Below are positions 1 to 9,168 of a DNA stretch of 30,351 bases, in pieces (within the stretch, counting starts at the first letter, position 1; each line of letters begins with the position of its first letter). The DNA is from an uncultured Verrucomicrobiota bacterium. Its GTDB lineage: Bacteria; Verrucomicrobiota; Verrucomicrobiia; Limisphaerales; UBA1096. Made by a program: the position numbers and the translations under genes. The notes beneath the pieces are model-generated. The model did no database searches. It was not told where the DNA came from and saw only the letters and a list, made by a program, of their open reading frames with translations. The stretch lies in contig CAJXAU010000001.1 in assembly GCA_913050205.1 (NCBI GenBank), forward strand, positions 1 to 30,351, given 5' to 3'.

Positions 1-77
1 TTCTTGGCGGGAGCCTTTTTTACCGCTTTTTTGGCGGTTTTTGTTGCTTTTTTGGCGACTTTTTTCTTCGCTGCCAC
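1..77 (-). CDS. 5' end of a Lys/Ala-rich (histone H1-like) protein, truncated by the window edge
   Basis: Not in the ORF track. Manual translation from GTG at 77 gives MAAKKKVAKKATKTAKKAVKKAPAK, open to position 1. An in-frame TGA lies just upstream (81-83). The rest of the protein is outside the window. Confidence 0.75.
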   Translation of the reverse strand, partial: MAAKKKVAKKATKTAKKAVKKAPAK

Positions 78-337
78 GAGTCAAAAAAATTGGTTTTCTG
101 GTCGCAAATCTCCCTTATCCGCTGGCCTTCTGCGACCCGTCGGCCAAAACGAGGCGCGGAAATTTACCAAAGAGAACTTCGATTTCCACAAAAAAATCAG
201 GTTTTTTTCATTTATTTTGCCCTCTGCATAATAGCCCGATTTGAAGGGTTTGCGCTTGGCCAAGCGGAATTTCGTGACCGCGCTTGGCCAAGTTGGTAGC
301 TTCCGCCCCTTGCGGGCATGGCCAAGCGCTCGCGGTT

Positions 338-1432
338 ATGAACAATTCCGTCTCCCTCTTTACCCGATTTGCCATCGCGATTCTTACCGGATCGGCGATG
401 TTGATTATCGGTTGCTCTGATACCCCCACGAACACTTCACCGAAGACTTCCCAAACTCAGCCCGCTGAAAACCAGCCCGAGATTCAACCCAGAGAGTTCG
501 ATTCAAAGAACATGGTCTGGATACCGGGAGGCACTTTCGCGATGGGGTCCGACGATGAAAAGGAGGACGAACGCCCGATTCACGAGGTCACTGTGAACGG
601 GTTTTGGATGGACAAAACCGAGGTCACCAACCGGCAGTTCGCCGAGTTTGTGAAGGAGACCAAGTATGAGACCGTGGCAGAGCAAAAACCGAATCCGCTG
701 GATTTCCCCGGTGTTCCAGCTGATAAACTGGTGCCCGGTGCCGTGGTGTTTTCCCCTCCACCGGGAAATGTGCCTCTCAACAATCATCGTGCCTGGTGGA
801 TCTGGCAGCAGGGCGCCGACTGGAGGCACCCAAACGGCCCGGACGACTCAATCGAGGGTATGGAGGAACACCCTGTCGTAAACGTCTGCTGGTTTGATGC
901 CGTCGCCTACGCTGATTGGATGACAAAGCGCACCGGGGTGAAACACCGGCTGCCCACCGAAGCGGAATGGGAGTTTGCCGCCCGTGGTGGACTCGATCGC
1001 AAAAAATACATCTGGGGGGAGGAACTCAAGCCAGACGAGAAGTGCATCGCGAATTTTTGGCAGGGCCGATTCCCAAACCAAAACACTACAGAGGATGGCT
1101 ATCGTATGTCGGCCCCGGTGGGGCAGTTCGCCGCCAATGGCTACGGGTTATACGACATGGCCGGAAACGTCTGGGAATGGTGCATGGACTGGTACCGGGC
1201 AGATTATTACAAGAAGAGTCCGAAGGATAATCCAAAGGGACCGGCGACCAGCTATGACCCCAACGAACCTACAACGGCTAAACGTATCACCCGGGGTGGC
1301 TCGTTCCTTTGTAGTGAACTATATTGCACTGGTTACCGGCCAGCTGCCCGGATGAAAACCAGCCCGGATACCGGCTTGAGTCACACCGGTTTTCGACTTG
1401 TCGCCGAAGGCAAGGCACCGGAAAAAAAGTAA
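338..1432 (+). CDS. Formylglycine-generating enzyme (FGE/SUMF1) family protein, probable lipoprotein
   Basis: Family motifs F.MGS, EVTNRQF, HPVVNVCWFDA, RLPTEAEWEFAARGG, NGYGLYDMAGNVWEWC and RGGSFLCSELYCTGYRPAAR..GFR. The N-terminal hydrophobic stretch ends in LIIGC (lipobox-like), followed by a Thr/Pro/Gln linker. ATG 338 is preferred over the alternative start at 284; ATG 398 is also possible. Confidence 0.9.
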   Translation: MNNSVSLFTRFAIAILTGSAMLIIGCSDTPTNTSPKTSQTQPAENQPEIQPREFDSKNMVWIPGGTFAMGSDDEKEDERPIHEVTVNGFWMDKTEVTNRQFAEFVKETKYETVAEQKPNPLDFPGVPADKLVPGAVVFSPPPGNVPLNNHRAWWIWQQGADWRHPNGPDDSIEGMEEHPVVNVCWFDAVAYADWMTKRTGVKHRLPTEAEWEFAARGGLDRKKYIWGEELKPDEKCIANFWQGRFPNQNTTEDGYRMSAPVGQFAANGYGLYDMAGNVWEWCMDWYRADYYKKSPKDNPKGPATSYDPNEPTTAKRITRGGSFLCSELYCTGYRPAARMKTSPDTGLSHTGFRLVAEGKAPEKK

Positions 1433-1436
1433 GCCA

Positions 1437-1454
1437 AGTGCCTGAGCAGGCACT
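1437..1454. terminator. Hairpin between the convergent FGE and ftsZ stop codons, possible bidirectional terminator
   Basis: AGTGCCT-GAGC-AGGCACT (7-bp stem) fills the 21-bp gap. A T-run follows only at some distance on the minus strand. Confidence 0.45.
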
Positions 1455-2800
1455 CAATTCAACACCATCCCGCGTCGGATGTACGTGGGCTGATCGAGAT
1501 CCTCCCCCTTGTGGATGGTCGGTTCGCTTTTTTCAAAACGCCCCTTGGACACGATTTCCAGCGGGAGCATTTCCTGCGTGATTTTCTTTCGCTTTTTCCG
1601 GTCCGGCTCCTGCCGTGCGGCCGCTTCGAGAAGGCTGTCCTTGAGCTCTGGCGTGATTGCCTCAGCCGTTGGAGCAGGCGGTGTGTAGGCGAAGCCGCTG
1701 CGGCGCGAGCCACCGGAATCCTCCCCCAGTCCGACGTAACTCGTCTCTCCGGATGGCATGAAGGTTTCCGGAAAACTCACGTCGGTCACATCGCTGGACT
1801 GGTTTTCGCTCGGCGCACTCAACTCCGGCTCGGTATCGGACAATTTGAGCTGATGCGCGATTACGACGGTGACCTGCAGTGCCTCGTCACGCCCCGGCCC
1901 GGACGCGCCGACGACCAAATCGACAGCCGAGGCGTGTTGCTTGATTGCCTCGGTGACTGTGTTCATCTCGGAGAGAGACAATGGCTCGCCTCCGGAGAGG
2001 TGTAACAGGATCGCATTGGCCTCCTTCAACGCCTCCCCTCCGCGTGCCGCCGGGTGGGCCAACATTTTTCCCACCGCCGCCGCCGCACGGTCTTCGCCGC
2101 TCCCCTCGACATGAATCACGGAGCCAAGACTCTGCCGTCCCTGCACAGCCGACTGCAGGTCTGCAAACGAGACATTCAACAGACCCGGCTCGAGAAGCAT
2201 CCGGCTCACGCCGAGCACCGATTCGCAAAGGTGGCGATTCGCAATTTCGAGCGCGTTGTTCAGGCTGGTATCGGTACCGGTCATCTGTACGACGTCCTGA
2301 TTTGAAAAATGGAACACCACGTCAGACGCCTGCTTGAGGTCGCGCAGGCCGCCGGTGGCCGTGTTGCATCGGCGGGTGCCCTCACAATCAAACGGCGAGG
2401 CCGCCACCCCCACCACCAGTGCGCCCGTCTCCTTGGCCAAGCGCGCCACAAGCGAGGCCGCACCAGTGCCGGTGCCGCCTCCCATGCCGGCGATGACAAA
2501 TACAAGGTTTGCGCCCTTGACCAGCTTGGCCAAGCGGTCGCGATCCGACTCCACCGCAGCTCGTGCCAACGCCACATCCCCGCCCGTGCCCAGACCGCAG
2601 GGGATCGCTTGGCCAAGCAGTAGCGTCTTGGATTGATGACAGCGTGACAGGCTCCGGTTGTCGGTATCGAGAGAGTACGACTCGACACCTTCCGGGCCAA
2701 TCATCGCAAGGGTCTCAACTAGTTTCACCCCGGTCTCACCCAAGCCGATTAATCGGATGACCGGTTCACCGCCGCTGATATTCGGTTTGTTCTCCGTCAT
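1454..2800 (-). CDS. ftsZ: Cell division protein FtsZ (divergent)
   Basis: Tubulin signature GMGGGTGTGA, GLGTGG, PFDCEG, NVSFAD, G.GEDRA and C-terminal peptide DLDQPTYIRR. ATG at 2800 overlaps the ftsA stop (ATGA). Directly downstream of ftsA. Confidence 0.93.
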   Translation of the reverse strand: MTENKPNISGGEPVIRLIGLGETGVKLVETLAMIGPEGVESYSLDTDNRSLSRCHQSKTLLLGQAIPCGLGTGGDVALARAAVESDRDRLAKLVKGANLVFVIAGMGGGTGTGAASLVARLAKETGALVVGVAASPFDCEGTRRCNTATGGLRDLKQASDVVFHFSNQDVVQMTGTDTSLNNALEIANRHLCESVLGVSRMLLEPGLLNVSFADLQSAVQGRQSLGSVIHVEGSGEDRAAAAVGKMLAHPAARGGEALKEANAILLHLSGGEPLSLSEMNTVTEAIKQHASAVDLVVGASGPGRDEALQVTVVIAHQLKLSDTEPELSAPSENQSSDVTDVSFPETFMPSGETSYVGLGEDSGGSRRSGFAYTPPAPTAEAITPELKDSLLEAAARQEPDRKKRKKITQEMLPLEIVSKGRFEKSEPTIHKGEDLDQPTYIRRGMVLN

Positions 2801-4020
2801 TTTTTCCCTCCGAAGAGCGATACAAATTGTTTTCGGATTGCCCGGCCGATTCCTTCCCGTCTCGGCGCGGTTTGCGACTGGAATGCGCCGAATTTGATCA
2901 AGCCAACCGGTGTGGCGAATTCCGGTTCGTCCAGCGCGTTCTTGATGCCGCTCACGGTACTCGAGCGACCGATCGCCGAGGGTAAGTTGAACACATCCCT
3001 TGCCAACCGGGTGATGTATGGCGTGCGCGCGCCCCCCCCGCAAAGCACCACGCCGGCGCGGAGATACTCAATCAGCCCTGCCTGTTCAATGTCCTTCGCG
3101 ATTAACTCGAAGGTTTCCTGCAGGCGCATTGACATGATCATTTGCAGGTGGCCGAGATTGACCTTTTTGCCGGGGATCACGCTGTCTGTGGATAGGTCTA
3201 CGGACCGATTGTTTGCCTCGGGGTCGATGATGGCTGAGCCGTGATCGATCTTTAATTGCTCCGCGCGCCCAAGCGGCACCTTGAGCCCGTATGCCAAATC
3301 GTTGGAGACGTGGTCTCCGCCCACCGCCAGCACGCCGGTGTGTTTGATGACACCCGCAGAGTAGATCGCATACTCGGTAGTGCCGGCGCCGAGGTCTATG
3401 ACCAATGTGCCGAGTTCCTTCTGCTCTGTGCTCAACAATGCAAGAGAGGAGGCCAATCCGTTGAACGCGATGTTGTCCACCTCCAGATGCAGTCCGCTGA
3501 CAAGGCGGATGGGGTTTTGAAGCCGGTTGTACCGGCCGCTGACTACATGGACATCAACCTCGATCTTCGCACCCAGCATGCCTTCCGGGTTCAAGACGCC
3601 ACTTTGTCCATCCACACTAAAGTGCTGCCGGATCACGTGCACCACGGAGTGGTCACTCGGTAGATTAATCGCCTTGGCGTTCTTGATGACGTCCTGAATG
3701 TCGGAATCGGTGATTTCACGATCGGCGGAAACGACCGGGTGCACACCCGTGTTGTTGAAGCCCCGCATGTGGCTACCGCTTACCCCGAGAAAAACCGAAC
3801 GAATCTCAACATCCGCCATGTGCTCGGCCTCGACGATCGAGTTGCGCACGTCTTCCTCCACCAATGATGCATCGACGATTTCACCCTTACGCACGCCGCG
3901 GGATTTCGACTGGCCAAGGCCGATGATGTTGACCACCTGATTTTCGCTCACCTCACCAACGGCGACACACACCTTAGAGGTTCCGATCTCGAGGCCAACG
4001 ATGATTTGTGAGTCGCTCAT
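2797..4020 (-). CDS. ftsA: Cell division protein FtsA
   Basis: GLEIGTSKV, GVRKGEIVD, VIDLGAGTT, VGGDHVSNDLA, AEQLKIDHG and LCGGGA actin-fold motifs. Lies between ftsQ and ftsZ. Confidence 0.96.
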   Translation of the reverse strand: MSDSQIIVGLEIGTSKVCVAVGEVSENQVVNIIGLGQSKSRGVRKGEIVDASLVEEDVRNSIVEAEHMADVEIRSVFLGVSGSHMRGFNNTGVHPVVSADREITDSDIQDVIKNAKAINLPSDHSVVHVIRQHFSVDGQSGVLNPEGMLGAKIEVDVHVVSGRYNRLQNPIRLVSGLHLEVDNIAFNGLASSLALLSTEQKELGTLVIDLGAGTTEYAIYSAGVIKHTGVLAVGGDHVSNDLAYGLKVPLGRAEQLKIDHGSAIIDPEANNRSVDLSTDSVIPGKKVNLGHLQMIMSMRLQETFELIAKDIEQAGLIEYLRAGVVLCGGGARTPYITRLARDVFNLPSAIGRSSTVSGIKNALDEPEFATPVGLIKFGAFQSQTAPRREGIGRAIRKQFVSLFGGKK

Positions 4021-4026
4021 GGGAGT

Positions 4027-4986
4027 TTAATTACCTGCAACCTTACGTCCATTGCGCACTTCCTCTGCGATGGTCGGCGAGAGCATCCAGCGAACCGGTA
4101 CATTATTGGTTACGGAAAGATCCATCGTCTCGATGGCGAGCCCGTATTTTTCGCCATGCGCCCGGATGCGCGCCCATCGGGTGAATTGTTGGGGCAACCG
4201 ACTGGTCGCAAGGTCAATCTGTCCGCCATCCCCGGTAGTGACCCGAAGGATGCGCGGCTGTGAGAGATCCACTACGCGCAAATCAATTTCCCCCGCGAGG
4301 GACGACCGGCGATATTCCCTGATCAACTGCAACGCCGACTGCAGTTTTGGCAATTCTGCGTCCCGACCGGGCGCGAGCGATTGCAGCGTCTTGAGTTCAA
4401 TCCCCGCGATAACCGGAAGCGACCACTCCGCCTGCTGCTCCGGGATCACGACCGAGCGACCCGCGATGGGCGGCATCACGTGGCCGGACTCGTCCACCTG
4501 CAATCGCACACAATCGTACCCGCCAAGGCCTTCCCCTCCGCGCTGCCAGACCCATATTTGCGCCATTGGCACACGCTCAGTCACCCGCACCTGCAGTGTA
4601 TCCGGCAGAATCCGCTCCACCGAAGCCATCTTCACACGGGGCGTCAGTTCGATGTTTCGCTTGATACGGAGCAAATCAAGTGAAAGCAAGTTGTCGCCAA
4701 CCCGCACTCCTCCCCAGTCCTGCAACTGGTTCTCGCTGATGATCCCGTCCGTCCGGTAATCCATCTCCGTCACGGCGAACGATTCGTTCTCGTACACCAG
4801 CCGGTTTAGCGCGAAACCTCCGCCGAGCCAACTTCCCAAAACCAGCGCCACGATGGCCACCACCAATGCGGCAAGGGAACGCAGCCAGCGCAGCCGCTCT
4901 CGACGGGACTGCTGTGACTGCACTTTGACCGACAACACATTTTTTTGTGAAGTCTTCTTGTTTCGCCGTCTTGATTTCAATGCCAT
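4027..4986 (-). CDS. ftsQ: Cell division protein FtsQ/DivIB
   Basis: Basic N-terminus, one transmembrane helix and a POTRA-like segment (NLLSLDLLRIKRNIELTPRVKMASVERILPDTLQVRVTERVPMA). Lies between ddl and ftsA. Confidence 0.88.
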   Translation of the reverse strand: MALKSRRRNKKTSQKNVLSVKVQSQQSRRERLRWLRSLAALVVAIVALVLGSWLGGGFALNRLVYENESFAVTEMDYRTDGIISENQLQDWGGVRVGDNLLSLDLLRIKRNIELTPRVKMASVERILPDTLQVRVTERVPMAQIWVWQRGGEGLGGYDCVRLQVDESGHVMPPIAGRSVVIPEQQAEWSLPVIAGIELKTLQSLAPGRDAELPKLQSALQLIREYRRSSLAGEIDLRVVDLSQPRILRVTTGDGGQIDLATSRLPQQFTRWARIRAHGEKYGLAIETMDLSVTNNVPVRWMLSPTIAEEVRNGRKVAGN

Positions 4987-4987
4987 G

Positions 4988-5917
4988 TCAAACTGGTTCC
5001 GGTTGTGCCACCTGCCCGGCCGGCTCGAGCGCCAAATTCACGAGCCGCTGGCACAGCTCCACAAAACTCATTCCCGCCGCCCTCGCGGCCTTGGGCAACA
5101 AACTGGTTTCCGTCATGCCGGGCAGCGTATTGATTTCCAGCAAAACCGGCTCTCCGCTGTCACGCACGATAAAGTCCACCCGCACATAACTCCCCCCACC
5201 CACGGCTGCCAGCGCCTGGACAGCCGCATCCTGAATTCGCGCCGTAGTGGCTTCATCAAACTCAGCGGGGCAGATGTACTCCGTGGCACCTGTGGTGTAC
5301 TTGTTCGTGTAATCATACGCCCCTCTCTTTGGCCGGATCTCCACCACTGGCAGAAGCTCGCCGCCCACAATGCCAACCGTGACCTCGCGGCCTACGATTT
5401 TTTCCTCCACCAAAACCGGCCCACCATGGGTCATTGCCTTGGCCAAGCCGCTTGGCCAAGCGGCAACATCATCCACAAATTCCAGACCAATACTCGACCC
5501 CTGAGTCGCCGGTTTAAGCACCAGCGGGAGTGTCAAACCAAGCGGAAGTCCAGCGCCCTCCTCTTCGATCACAAAGTCGTTGGCCAAAGCCAAGCCTCGG
5601 CCCGCGCATGCCCGCTTGGTTAGCACTTTGTCAAACGCCAAGCGGCTCACCGCAGCACTGCACCCGGTGTACGGCATGCCAAGCGCATCCAACTCGGATT
5701 GCACCGAGCCGTCCTCCCCGTACGTACCGTGCAACGCGAGAAAGACCACGTCCACATTTGGCGGGAGTTGAAAGGTTCCATCTGCTGGATCCACCTCGGT
5801 CACCCGATGCCCGATCTCTCGCAGCGCACCCGCGACCGCAGCACCCGACCGCAGCGAAACCTCCCGTTCCGGAGATGGCCCGCCCAGCATCACGCAGATA
5901 TCAATCGCCTCATTCAT
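4988..5917 (-). CDS. ddl: D-alanine--D-alanine ligase
   Basis: GGPSPEREVSLRSG, LHGTYGEDG, KPATQGSSIG, YDYTNKY, RVDF and LEINTLPGMT. Confidence 0.97.
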   Translation of the reverse strand: MNEAIDICVMLGGPSPEREVSLRSGAAVAGALREIGHRVTEVDPADGTFQLPPNVDVVFLALHGTYGEDGSVQSELDALGMPYTGCSAAVSRLAFDKVLTKRACAGRGLALANDFVIEEEGAGLPLGLTLPLVLKPATQGSSIGLEFVDDVAAWPSGLAKAMTHGGPVLVEEKIVGREVTVGIVGGELLPVVEIRPKRGAYDYTNKYTTGATEYICPAEFDEATTARIQDAAVQALAAVGGGSYVRVDFIVRDSGEPVLLEINTLPGMTETSLLPKAARAAGMSFVELCQRLVNLALEPAGQVAQPEPV

Positions 5918-6863
5918 GGTTCGACGCCCCCCCGATAACCTGCACCTCGGTCTTCAAATCGATGTCCCGCTCGTCCATCGCGCATCGCTGTATTCGATCG
6001 ATCAGCGTCAAAAAATCAGCCGCAGTGGCACCGCCCTTGTTGACGATAAAATTGCCGTGCTCCTCAGAAACCATCGCCCCGCCCTCACTCGTTCCCTTCA
6101 GGCCGAGCTCGTCGATCAGCTTTCCGGCTGGGATGGTTTCAGGATTTTTAAAAATGCACCCGGCACTGCGGGCCTTGGGCTGGCTGGTCCATCGTTTTTG
6201 ACTGAATGCAGTCATGCGCTCGGCGATTGCCTCCGCGGAGTCCGGTCGCCCTCTCAACACTGCACCAAGCGCGATCTGATTTTTCAAAAGCGGACAACTC
6301 CGATACGAAAACTCGATGTCGCTGGCAGCCATTTCGAACACCTCGCCGGCGGCGTCCATAAAACTCAGGCTCTCGACGATTTCGACCATTTCGCTGCCCA
6401 TCGCGCCGGCGTTCATTCGTAACCCGCCGCCGATGCTTCCGGGGATTCCCTCGAGAAACTCCATCCCAGCCAGACAACTGCTTCTGGCTTCGGCGGCCAC
6501 TTTTTTCATTTTCGCACCCGCACCGCAGCGGATGCGTTCCCCATCCGTCTCGATGGCTACAAACGGTTCGTTACCAAGCCGCACTGTCAGGCCGCGCACA
6601 CCCGTGTCGAGCACGAGAAAATTGGATCCCAACCCCAACACCGTTACCGGCAACTCATGCTCGCGGCACGCTTTCACAAGAGCTGCCAAGCCCTCAAGTG
6701 AGTTCGGCTCCGCAAACCAATCCGCAGCTCCCCCCGCCCGAAGGGTGGTCAACTCGCCAAGCGCCCTGTCCCTGAAAATTTCCGTTCCATCCCCGGCCGC
6801 TTTTTCAAAAAGCGACTTGAGGTCGCGTTGGCCGGCGACCGGTTCTGCCACGCTCAAGCTCAT
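5910..6863 (-). CDS. murB: UDP-N-acetylenolpyruvoylglucosamine reductase
   Basis: LGLGSNFLV, GIPGSIGGGLRMNAGA, FSYR, QP..RSAGCIFKNP, HGNFIVN and EVQVIG. Confidence 0.95.
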   Translation of the reverse strand: MSLSVAEPVAGQRDLKSLFEKAAGDGTEIFRDRALGELTTLRAGGAADWFAEPNSLEGLAALVKACREHELPVTVLGLGSNFLVLDTGVRGLTVRLGNEPFVAIETDGERIRCGAGAKMKKVAAEARSSCLAGMEFLEGIPGSIGGGLRMNAGAMGSEMVEIVESLSFMDAAGEVFEMAASDIEFSYRSCPLLKNQIALGAVLRGRPDSAEAIAERMTAFSQKRWTSQPKARSAGCIFKNPETIPAGKLIDELGLKGTSEGGAMVSEEHGNFIVNKGGATAADFLTLIDRIQRCAMDERDIDLKTEVQVIGGASNHE

Positions 6864-8017
6864 GCCGCCACCTCCTTCGGCTTGGCAACAGGAATGTACA
6901 AATCATCCTCCGACGAATTCTCCCACTGGCACACGTCGTAAATCCGCTGGACCACCTCTTCCGTCGCCTGATCCGCCTTCCACTGGCGCATCGCCTCCGA
7001 CATCGACTTGAGCTTGTTCGGTTTACGGAACAATTCCCTTAGCTGCACGAGGAGCAACTTGGAGGTCAATTGCTTTTGGTGGAAACAACGCGCCGCGCCC
7101 ATCTCGACGAACGTCCGCGCATTCAGCCTCTGGTGATCGTCCACGGCGGAAGGGTACGGCACGAGGATGGCCGGCAGTTCCATCGCAGAAAACTCTGCCA
7201 GCGACGATGCTCCGGACCGGCTCACCGCCAGATCCGCCGCACCAAGCGCATACTCCATTTCGGTCAAAAATGGACGCACCACGGCCCGCAAGCCAAGCGC
7301 ATCATAAGCCGCCCGCACCGGTTCCAGTTCGCGGTTACCGGTGAGGTGAATGAACTGCAATTTCGGCAGCGACTTGGCCAAGCGCGGCAGCGCGCCGAGG
7401 ATCGCCCGGTTAATCGACTCCGCGCCCTGGCTTCCGCCCATCACAAGCAACACCGGTTGGTCGTCCGCCAGACCGAGCACTGTCCGTGCGTCTGGCTTGG
7501 GCACCGGCTCCATCGTGGCTCGTACTGGCATCCCGGTTTTACGCACGTCGGTACCGGACACCTGCGACATGGCATCGGGAAACTGCACAAACACCTCGTC
7601 TGCCAGCGGCGACAACATCTTCACTGCACGCCCCGGAACGGCGTTGGCCTCGTGCAGGAATATTTTTGCACCCATCATCTTTCCGGCGATCACCGGCGGC
7701 GCGCTGGTAAAACCACCCATAGCGAGTACGACCGAAGGACGCTGCTCACGGAAGAGTTTGCGGCAACGACCAAGCGATTGAAAAAAACGGAAGGCAAACT
7801 TGGGCAGGTTGCCGGACAGCCCCACCACCGGCAACGGCTCAACATCCATTCCGTAGGCGGACTTGACCGCGGTCTGGTCGACTTCCTTCGGACTGACCAA
7901 AAGCGTGACTTCACACCCTCTCGCCACGAGCGCATCCCCCACGGCGATCCCCGGGAACAGGTGCCCACCGGTTCCTCCGCAGGCAATGGCAACGCGCTTG
8001 GCCAAGGGTTTATCCAT
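6860..8017 (-). CDS. murG: Undecaprenyldiphospho-muramoylpentapeptide N-acetylglucosaminyltransferase
   Basis: GGTGGHLFPG, HEANAVPG, GGSQGA, RSGASSLAE and VPYP...DHQRLNA. The start could instead be TTG at 8023, overlapping the ftsW stop. Confidence 0.96.
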   Translation of the reverse strand: MDKPLAKRVAIACGGTGGHLFPGIAVGDALVARGCEVTLLVSPKEVDQTAVKSAYGMDVEPLPVVGLSGNLPKFAFRFFQSLGRCRKLFREQRPSVVLAMGGFTSAPPVIAGKMMGAKIFLHEANAVPGRAVKMLSPLADEVFVQFPDAMSQVSGTDVRKTGMPVRATMEPVPKPDARTVLGLADDQPVLLVMGGSQGAESINRAILGALPRLAKSLPKLQFIHLTGNRELEPVRAAYDALGLRAVVRPFLTEMEYALGAADLAVSRSGASSLAEFSAMELPAILVPYPSAVDDHQRLNARTFVEMGAARCFHQKQLTSKLLLVQLRELFRKPNKLKSMSEAMRQWKADQATEEVVQRIYDVCQWENSSEDDLYIPVAKPKEVAA

Positions 8018-8019
8018 CG

Positions 8020-9153
8020 TCAACTCGTCCTGAACGGGGACAATCCCCCTGAGGAATTCATGCGCGCCGACTTGGCCGGCTCGTCACCCCGTGAGTAGCG
8101 CGCCACACTCAACAGCACTCCCACACAAAACAACATGACCACCAGATTCGTCCCACCCCGGCTGATGAACGGCAGAGGCAACCCCTTGTTGGGCAGAGTA
8201 CTGGTGACCACTCCGATGTTTATAAACGCCTGCAGGCCGATCAACAGCGTGAGCCCGGAGGCGAGCAGAAATCCAAAAAAGTCACTCGAGCGCAGTGCGA
8301 TAAACGCGCCGCAAACCACAAACAAAACAAACGCCACAACCACGCCCAGCGTGGCGATCAGGCCCAGTTCCTCACCGATTACGGAAAAAATAAAGTCGGT
8401 CTGGTGTTCCGGGACAAAGCCGAGTTTCTGCCTGCCGTTGCCCAACCCAAGTCCGGTCGGGCCACCCGATCCAAGAGCGATCAGCGACTGCCAAGCCTGA
8501 TACCCCACGCCCTGCTTGGTGCCCTCCGGATCCAGCCAACTCATAATCCGGTTGAGGCGCACAGTATTTTGCGAAAGCAGATAACCACCTGCCGCCATCA
8601 GGCCGATCACCGGTATAGCCATGTAACGAATTTTCGTCCCCGCGAGGAAAAGCATCAGACCGCACACAACCGCCAGCAACGCCGTGCTTCCCCAGTCAGG
8701 CTCCAGAAAAATCAGGCCAAGAATCAACCCCATACCCAAACCCGGCACCAACATTCCATACTTGAACGTATCCATCTTGCGCCCCTTACGCTCGCAGTAA
8801 TGGGCCAGCGCGATGATCAACGCAATCTTGGCAAACTCGGATGGCTGGAAACGAGTTCCCGGCAGTTGCACCCATCGGCGTGCGCCGTTCACCTCCACAC
8901 CGATCCCCGGGATGAGTACCGCCACCAACATGATCAGCGCCACGATCATTAACGGCAGCGAAACTTTCTTGAGCAACTGATAGTCCAGCTTGGCCGTCAC
9001 CGCACAGACGAACAATCCAATGCAACACCACAAAAGTTGCGCGCCCCAAAAAGTACCGCCACGATGAAACATCGTGGCGCTGTAAAGCATCACCAACCCC
9101 AGCGCCAACAACGCTGATACGACAAACACCAGGGTGGTCGAAGCAAACTTCAT
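8020..9153 (-). CDS. ftsW: SEDS peptidoglycan glycosyltransferase FtsW
   Basis: Multi-pass membrane protein with GARRW, FQPSEFAK, EPDWG, PEHQTDFIFSVIGEELG and PNKGLPLPFISRGG. Lies upstream of murG. Confidence 0.95.
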   Translation of the reverse strand: MKFASTTLVFVVSALLALGLVMLYSATMFHRGGTFWGAQLLWCCIGLFVCAVTAKLDYQLLKKVSLPLMIVALIMLVAVLIPGIGVEVNGARRWVQLPGTRFQPSEFAKIALIIALAHYCERKGRKMDTFKYGMLVPGLGMGLILGLIFLEPDWGSTALLAVVCGLMLFLAGTKIRYMAIPVIGLMAAGGYLLSQNTVRLNRIMSWLDPEGTKQGVGYQAWQSLIALGSGGPTGLGLGNGRQKLGFVPEHQTDFIFSVIGEELGLIATLGVVVAFVLFVVCGAFIALRSSDFFGFLLASGLTLLIGLQAFINIGVVTSTLPNKGLPLPFISRGGTNLVVMLFCVGVLLSVARYSRGDEPAKSARMNSSGGLSPFRTS

Positions 9154-9168
9154 AAAAGATGCTTCGAC

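Noticed and set aside
4-231. Hydrophobic Phe/Ala-rich plus-strand ORF resembling a membrane peptide
   Set aside because: The Phe/Leu content is the reverse complement of the Lys codons of the minus-strand histone-like ORF.
253-330. Three palindromic repeats with ~12-26-bp spacers, superficially a mini-CRISPR
   Set aside because: The repeats are only 12-14 bp with unequal spacers, no cas genes are present, and the same motif is dispersed across the whole window.
2801-3043. N-terminal extension of FtsZ given by the ORF track (similarly FGE 284-337 and DUF1501 21921-21980)
   Set aside because: The extensions overlap the upstream gene or UTR. The downstream ATGs have ATGA coupling or a ribosome-binding site and give normal N-termini.
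6150-6175. MurB catalytic Ser replaced by Cys (SAGCIFKNP)
   Set aside because: As I recall, Cys at this position is a known functional variant in MurB families, and the other motifs are intact.
7070-8098. 342-aa plus-strand ORF (likewise 4853-5623, 20367-21194, 28257-29042)
   Set aside because: Fully antisense to well-supported genes (murG, ddl, DUF1501, DUF1552), with no domain signal.
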